A stretch of 64,000 bases of DNA from positions 3,626 to 67,625 of the forward strand of contig VGWG01000003.1 of NCBI GenBank assembly GCA_016873675.1, given 5' to 3'. Below the pieces are notes generated by a model that made no database searches, was not told the DNA's origin, and saw only the letters and a list, made by a program, of their open reading frames with translations. Positions 59,846 through 64,000 of this stretch are shown in pieces. Within the stretch, counting starts at the first letter, position 1. Each line of letters starts with the position of its first letter. This DNA comes from Lentisphaerota bacterium. GTDB taxonomy: Bacteria > Verrucomicrobiota > Kiritimatiellia > RFP12 > JAAYNR01. Both the position numbers and the translations under genes were made by a program.

Positions 59846-60607
59846 ATGCCCATGATCCGCACCTTCTCCGCCCCGCCACCCGTCGAGTACGGTCCGTTCG
59901 ACGGCTTGCTGCTGGTCGACAAGCCGGCCGGACCGACGTCCCATGACGTTGTCCATAAGATTCGCAGAACCTTCCGCATCGAGAAGGTCGGCCACGGCGG
60001 CACGCTCGACCCGGCCGCGACGGGCCTGCTGGTCATCCTCCTGGGCCGGGCCACGCGCCTCTCCGACCAGATCATGGGGGGCGAGAAAACCTACGCGGGA
60101 GTCCTCCGCCTCGGCACCGTCACCAACTCTCAGGACTTGGATGGCCAGATCATCGCGGAACAGCCCTTCGACGCCGTCACGCGCGATCAGGCCGAGACGG
60201 CGCTCGCAGCCCTCCGCGGCGACATCTACCAGACGCCCCCCATGGTCTCGGCGATCAAGCTCAACGGCGTCCCGCTCTACAAGCTGGCCCGCAAGGGGCA
60301 GGAGGTGGCGCGCGAACCGCGCCTCGTTCACATCTTCCGCTTCGCCATCACCGCCTGGGTGCCGCCGCTGGTCTCCTTCGAGGTGCGCTGCACCAAGGGC
60401 ACCTATGTCCGCACCCTCGCCCACGACCTCGGCCAGGCGCTCGGCTGCGGCGCCTGCCTGCACTCCCTCCGGCGCACCGCCTCGGGTTCGTTCGATGTCG
60501 CCGCCGCCGCCCCGCTTGACGCCCTGCTCGCCGGATCCAAGGAGTCTCTCGCAGCCCGGATCATCCCCTATATGCAAGTCGGCCCGGTCCTGGCCTCCCC
60601 CCGCTGA
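59846..60607 (+). CDS. truB: tRNA pseudouridine(55) synthase.
   Basis: GLLLVDKPAGPTSHDVV, HGGTLDPAATGLLVILLGRATR and catalytic Asp. Confidence 0.9.
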   Translation: MPMIRTFSAPPPVEYGPFDGLLLVDKPAGPTSHDVVHKIRRTFRIEKVGHGGTLDPAATGLLVILLGRATRLSDQIMGGEKTYAGVLRLGTVTNSQDLDGQIIAEQPFDAVTRDQAETALAALRGDIYQTPPMVSAIKLNGVPLYKLARKGQEVAREPRLVHIFRFAITAWVPPLVSFEVRCTKGTYVRTLAHDLGQALGCGACLHSLRRTASGSFDVAAAAPLDALLAGSKESLAARIIPYMQVGPVLASPR

Positions 60608-60659
60608 TTGCGACACACCGGATCACGCTCGCCCATGTCAACCCTGGAGGCATCTGGAA

Positions 60660-61856
60660 TTGAACATCAGGGAAGCATCCGCACCGCGAACCGTCCGCAC
60701 CGGTCTTGACCGCGCCTTGCGCGCGGACGGCGAGGTGTTCCGGGGCAGGCGGCTGGCGGTGTTGTGCAACCGGGCGGCCGTCGACGGAACGGGACGGCCG
60801 ATCGTGGAGGCGCTCACGCAGGTCCCGGACCTGCGCCTGTGCCGCATCTACAGTCCGGAGCACGGGTTTGCGGTGAACGCCGAAGCCGGTGAACACGTCG
60901 GCTCGCGGACCGTCGGGCCGGTGCCGGTGGTCAGCCTGTACGGGGATCGTTCACAACCCTCGGCGGAGGAGCTGGCGACCATTGATTTGTTTGTGGTCGA
61001 CCTCCCCGACGTCGGGGCGCGCTACTACACCTACATGGCCACGATGAAGGCCTGCATGGCTTCCTGCGCGGCCCACGGCGTTCCGATGCTGATCCTCGAC
61101 CGCCCGAACCCGCTGGGCGGCGTGATCCGCGAAGGCGCCGTCGCCGCCGTCTTCGGCTCGCTGGTGTGCTGTGCCCCGATTCCGATCCGCCATGGCCTGA
61201 CGCTGGGCGAGTTGGCCCGTTTCTTTCAAGCCTTGTTCTTTTCTGGAACCGATCTGCGGGTGGACGTTCTGACCGTCGAAAATTGGCGGCGCGACCGGAT
61301 GTTCGCCGAGTGCGGACTGCCGTGGGTGGCGCCTTCGCCGAATCTCCCGGGCGTCGAGAACGCCCTGATGTACGTTGGCTCTTGTCTGTTGGAGGGTCTA
61401 AACCTGAACGAGGGACGGGGAACAGAAACGCCGTTTCTCCTGTGCGGCGCGCCCTGGCTGGCGCCGGAGCCGGTCCTGGCGGAGATCCCCGAGCCGGAGC
61501 GAACAGGCGTGGCGCTGACGGCCGTTCGGTACACGCCCCGTGCGATTTCCGGCAAGGCCGCCAATCCCCGCTATCGTGATGCCGCCTGCCAAGGCATCGC
61601 GATGCGGGTGACCAATCCGCAGGCTGCTCGTCCGCTGACCACCGTCCTCGCGCTCATCGGCGCCATTTGGCGGCGACATCCCGAGTTGGAATGGACGCCG
61701 TTTTTCGATACCTTGGCCGGAGGCCCGTGGATCCGGGAGCAGATCCAGTCAGGGTGTTCATGCTCCGACAGCCTTGTTGGTATCCGGGAGGACCTTGCGG
61801 CGTTCGACACGAAACGGCCGTTGCTCTATGCGCCTGAGCCCCCGGCGAATGGATGA
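60660..61856 (+). CDS. DUF1343-family protein (exo-beta-N-acetylmuramidase NamZ-like).
   Basis: [39 protein letters not shown] and LDRPNPLGG are DUF1343 blocks. The start is a putative TTG at 60660 (ctggagg RBS). The track ORF 59943-61856 is an artefactual in-frame extension across truB. Confidence 0.7.
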   Translation: MNIREASAPRTVRTGLDRALRADGEVFRGRRLAVLCNRAAVDGTGRPIVEALTQVPDLRLCRIYSPEHGFAVNAEAGEHVGSRTVGPVPVVSLYGDRSQPSAEELATIDLFVVDLPDVGARYYTYMATMKACMASCAAHGVPMLILDRPNPLGGVIREGAVAAVFGSLVCCAPIPIRHGLTLGELARFFQALFFSGTDLRVDVLTVENWRRDRMFAECGLPWVAPSPNLPGVENALMYVGSCLLEGLNLNEGRGTETPFLLCGAPWLAPEPVLAEIPEPERTGVALTAVRYTPRAISGKAANPRYRDAACQGIAMRVTNPQAARPLTTVLALIGAIWRRHPELEWTPFFDTLAGGPWIREQIQSGCSCSDSLVGIREDLAAFDTKRPLLYAPEPPANG

Positions 61857-61943
61857 GCTTCCGGCGTCTCCAAAAAACCTGACTGGTTTTGCTTGCTTGC
61901 CGCCCATGTGCTGGTGTAAGGTATGCGCGTTTCGCATCACACC

Positions 61944-62027
61944 GCTCGGGTGGTGGAATGGCAGACACGTATGTTTGAGGGGCATATGGGGAAACCCGTG
62001 GGGGTTCAAGTCCCCCCCCGAGCACCA
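61944..62027 (+). tRNA. tRNA-Leu (anticodon GAG), class II; CCA is encoded.
   Basis: GCTCGGG acceptor, anticodon stem TATGT/GCATA with loop TTGAGGG, 13-nt variable arm, and T arm GGGGG-TTCAAGT-CCCCC. 84 nt. Confidence 0.85.
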
Positions 62028-62033
62028 CTCTTA

Positions 62034-62085
62034 AACAGCGTAACATGTAAAAACCAAAACATGTTGCGCTGTTTTTTGTTTTTTA
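62034..62085 (+). terminator. Strong rho-independent terminator after tRNA-Leu(GAG).
   Basis: AACAGCGTAACATG…CATGTTGCGCTGTT, a 13/14-bp stem, followed by TTTTGTTTTTT. Confidence 0.75.
62065..62074 (+). promoter_or_regulatory. Putative extended -10 promoter (TGcTATACT) for the ABC substrate-binding-protein gene.
   Basis: tgctatact lies about 125 nt upstream of the ATG at 62199 in an AT-richer stretch. No good -35, consistent with the extended -10 class. Weak. Confidence 0.3.
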
Positions 62086-62198
62086 CTCGGGCTCAGATAT
62101 GGCCCTTCTGGGTTATCGCGGGAATGATTCATTAGGCGCTCAAGCAAAAAATGACCCACGCAATATGCTATACTATCGCCCTGACAGGAGGTTTGCGC

Positions 62199-64000
62199 AT
62201 GCGTTACCTACGCCCCAGTCTCTCCCTCGCCGCCGGGCTCGTCCTCTTCACGGCCGCCTGTGCGCGGGCCGATGAGCAGTTCCCCAAGCCCGATTGGACT
62301 GATCGGCCCAGCCCGCTTGCGTCTCCCCACGCCATCCCGGGCGGCGCAATCACCCTCTCCGGCATCCAGCCCAAGAGCTTCAACGGCTACCTCGATAATT
62401 TCCGCTCCACTCAGGAGGTTTTCGACATGATGTACGAAACCCTCCTCGGCACCGATCCCCTCACGACCGATCTCGTTCCGGGACTGGCCAGCCGGTGGAC
62501 GGTCTCGGACGATAAGCAGACCTTCACCTTCCACCTCGATCCTGCCGCTCGCTGGTCCGACGGCAAGCCCGTCACCGCCGCCGATGTCCGCTGGACCTTC
62601 GACGCGATCATGGATGCCAAGAACGAAACCGGCCCGCACAAGGTGTCGCTCGGCGTCTTTGCCCCGCCCGAAGTTGTTGACGAGCGGACGGTCCGCTTCA
62701 CGGCCCGCGAGGCTCACTGGCGCAATCTCCTCGCCGCAAGCGGATTCGCCATTCTTCCCCGCCACGCATTTGAGGGGCTTGATTTCAACACGATCAACTT
62801 CGAGTTTCCCGTGGTCTCCGGCCCCTACCGCTTTGCGGCGATGCGCGAAAACAGCGATCTGCGCCTGGAACGCCGCGCCGACTGGTGGGCCCGCAACCGC
62901 CCGTCAAACGCCGGCATCTACAACTTCCAGACCCTCATCTACCGCTTTTTCACCGATCAGGACAACGCCTTCGAGGCGATGAAGAAGGGCGACATTGATG
63001 TCTACGCCGTCTATACCGCCCGCATCTGGGCCAACGAGACCCGCGGTCCCCGCTTCGACAACAACTGGATCGTCCGCCGCCGCGTGCGGAACCACAACCC
63101 CGTCGGATTCCAGGGATTTGGCATGAACCTGCGGCGCCCGCCTTTCGACGACCTGCGCGTTCGCCACGCCCTCGCCGCCCTCCTCGACCGCGAAACCCTG
63201 AACAGCACACTGATGTTCAACGCGTATTTCCTGCATCGCTCCTATTTTGAGGATCTCTACGACGCCCGCACCCCCTGTACCAACACGCTCATCGCCTATG
63301 ATCCCGTCCGAGCCTCGGCCCTGCTGAAGGAGGCCGGTTGGGCCGCCAACCCCAAAACCGGCGTCCTCGAGAAGGAGGGCCGACCGCTGGTGATCCGCTT
63401 CCTGACCCGCGACGGCGGAGGCGACCGCTTCCTGGCCATCTATGCCGAAGCCCTCAAAAAGGCGGGGATCGACCTCGTCATCGAGCGCAAGGATTTCGCC
63501 TCGTGGATGCGCGACATGGATGCCTTCAATTTCGACATGACCTGGTGCAGTTACGGCAGCGGACTCTTCCGCGACCCCGAACACATGTGGCACTCGCGAG
63601 AGGCCGACCGCCCTGCGGGCAACAACATCACTGGCTTCAAGGACTCCCGCGTCGATGCCTGGATCGAGAGCCAGAAGACCGAGTTCGACCCCGCCCGCCG
63701 CAACACAATCCTCCGCGAGATCGATGGCGTCCTCGCCTCCAGCGTCCCCTTCGTCCTCCTCTGGAACAGCGATGCCACCCGCCTCCTCTACTGGGATAAG
63801 TTCGGCATGCCCGACACCGTCCTCTCCAAATACGGCACGGAGGGCGCCGTCGTTGCCTACTGGTGGTTCGACCCTGACTCGTCCGCCGACCTCAAGACGG
63901 CCATGACCGCCGGCAAGCCCCTCCCCGCGCGTCCCTTTGAAGTTGATTTCGACACGGTCTTCAAGGCAACGGCCCCCGTCCGAAAGAAGGCGGACACGCC
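62199..64000 (+). CDS. Family-5 ABC transporter substrate-binding protein (oligopeptide/nickel/MppA-like), 3'-truncated by the window.
   Basis: aggagg RBS then ATG at 62199. Signal peptide MRYLRPSLSLAAGLVLFTAACA. Length over 600 aa. Conserved SBP_bac_5 blocks (GPYRF…, W…DG.P.TA.DV). Confidence 0.75.
   Translation, partial: MRYLRPSLSLAAGLVLFTAACARADEQFPKPDWTDRPSPLASPHAIPGGAITLSGIQPKSFNGYLDNFRSTQEVFDMMYETLLGTDPLTTDLVPGLASRWTVSDDKQTFTFHLDPAARWSDGKPVTAADVRWTFDAIMDAKNETGPHKVSLGVFAPPEVVDERTVRFTAREAHWRNLLAASGFAILPRHAFEGLDFNTINFEFPVVSGPYRFAAMRENSDLRLERRADWWARNRPSNAGIYNFQTLIYRFFTDQDNAFEAMKKGDIDVYAVYTARIWANETRGPRFDNNWIVRRRVRNHNPVGFQGFGMNLRRPPFDDLRVRHALAALLDRETLNSTLMFNAYFLHRSYFEDLYDARTPCTNTLIAYDPVRASALLKEAGWAANPKTGVLEKEGRPLVIRFLTRDGGGDRFLAIYAEALKKAGIDLVIERKDFASWMRDMDAFNFDMTWCSYGSGLFRDPEHMWHSREADRPAGNNITGFKDSRVDAWIESQKTEFDPARRNTILREIDGVLASSVPFVLLWNSDATRLLYWDKFGMPDTVLSKYGTEGAVVAYWWFDPDSSADLKTAMTAGKPLPARPFEVDFDTVFKATAPVRKKADT

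Noticed and set aside
59943-60659. 5' extension of ORF 59943-61856 across truB.
   Set aside because: It is an open alternative frame inside truB. The DUF1343 homology begins only after about 60660, where a TTG with an RBS is present.
61857-61943. Possible weak hairpin AAAACC-tgact-GGTTTT after the NamZ-like gene.
   Set aside because: The stem is only 6 bp and AT-only with no following U-tract, so it is not a credible intrinsic terminator.
62208-63593. Minus-strand ORFs 62208-62765 and 62904-63593.
   Set aside because: They are antisense to the ABC substrate-binding protein gene, which has a signal peptide, an RBS and SBP_bac_5 blocks.

Overview
This 64-kb window is high-GC (about 65%) bacterial chromosomal DNA. 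The gene content points to a Planctomycetes–Verrucomicrobia–Chlamydiae (PVC)-superphylum-like organism: many secreted FGE-sulfatase-like proteins, PQQ-like beta-propellers, GH31/GH20/NamZ glycan-recycling enzymes and a short DnaX. This placement is inference only.

The housekeeping backbone is well supported. It includes the carB 5' part, adenosine deaminase, dnaX, tlyA, nadK, rnhB, the rpsP-trmD-rplS operon, acyP, nusA-infB-rbfA-truB, cls, a UvrD-like helicase and a phosphohexomutase. Two tRNA-Leu genes and an RNase P RNA (rnpB) are not explained by the ORF track and sit under spurious ORFs.

Three accessory blocks stand out:
1. 13.7-24.0 kb: a co-directional, start/stop-overlapping operon. 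It combines two PQQ-like beta-propellers, an NHL-repeat lipoprotein, a tiny Tat-signal Cys-rich protein, a Tat-exported NapG-like tetra-[4Fe-4S] ferredoxin, a NapH-like membrane polyferredoxin, a NuoE/NuoF-like fused flavoprotein and a [2Fe-2S]+GltD-like FAD/NAD(P) oxidoreductase. I read this as a putative, undescribed trans-membrane NAD(P)H-to-periplasm electron conduit.
2. 26.9-36.5 kb: three tandem paralogous genes for secreted multi-module proteins (1109, 499 and 1521 aa). Each module pairs a Trp-rich 'FD[IL]xWDxSWR...DAAWVFxKF' segment with an FGE/SUMF1-like 'WAGLRPMTELEYEKACRGP' domain. There are five modules in total.
3. 11.1-13.7 kb: a lower-GC island with a radical-SAM/SPASM maturase, an orphan one-TM protein and a DUF4143 remnant.

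No CRISPR array or IS element was seen. Many long antisense ORFs in the track are GC-driven artefacts.

Caveat on coordinates: my hand-indexing disagreed with the ORF track by 1 nt at least once (near 31.86 kb). RNA and motif coordinates are +/- a few nt. I have trusted the ORF track for CDS ends.
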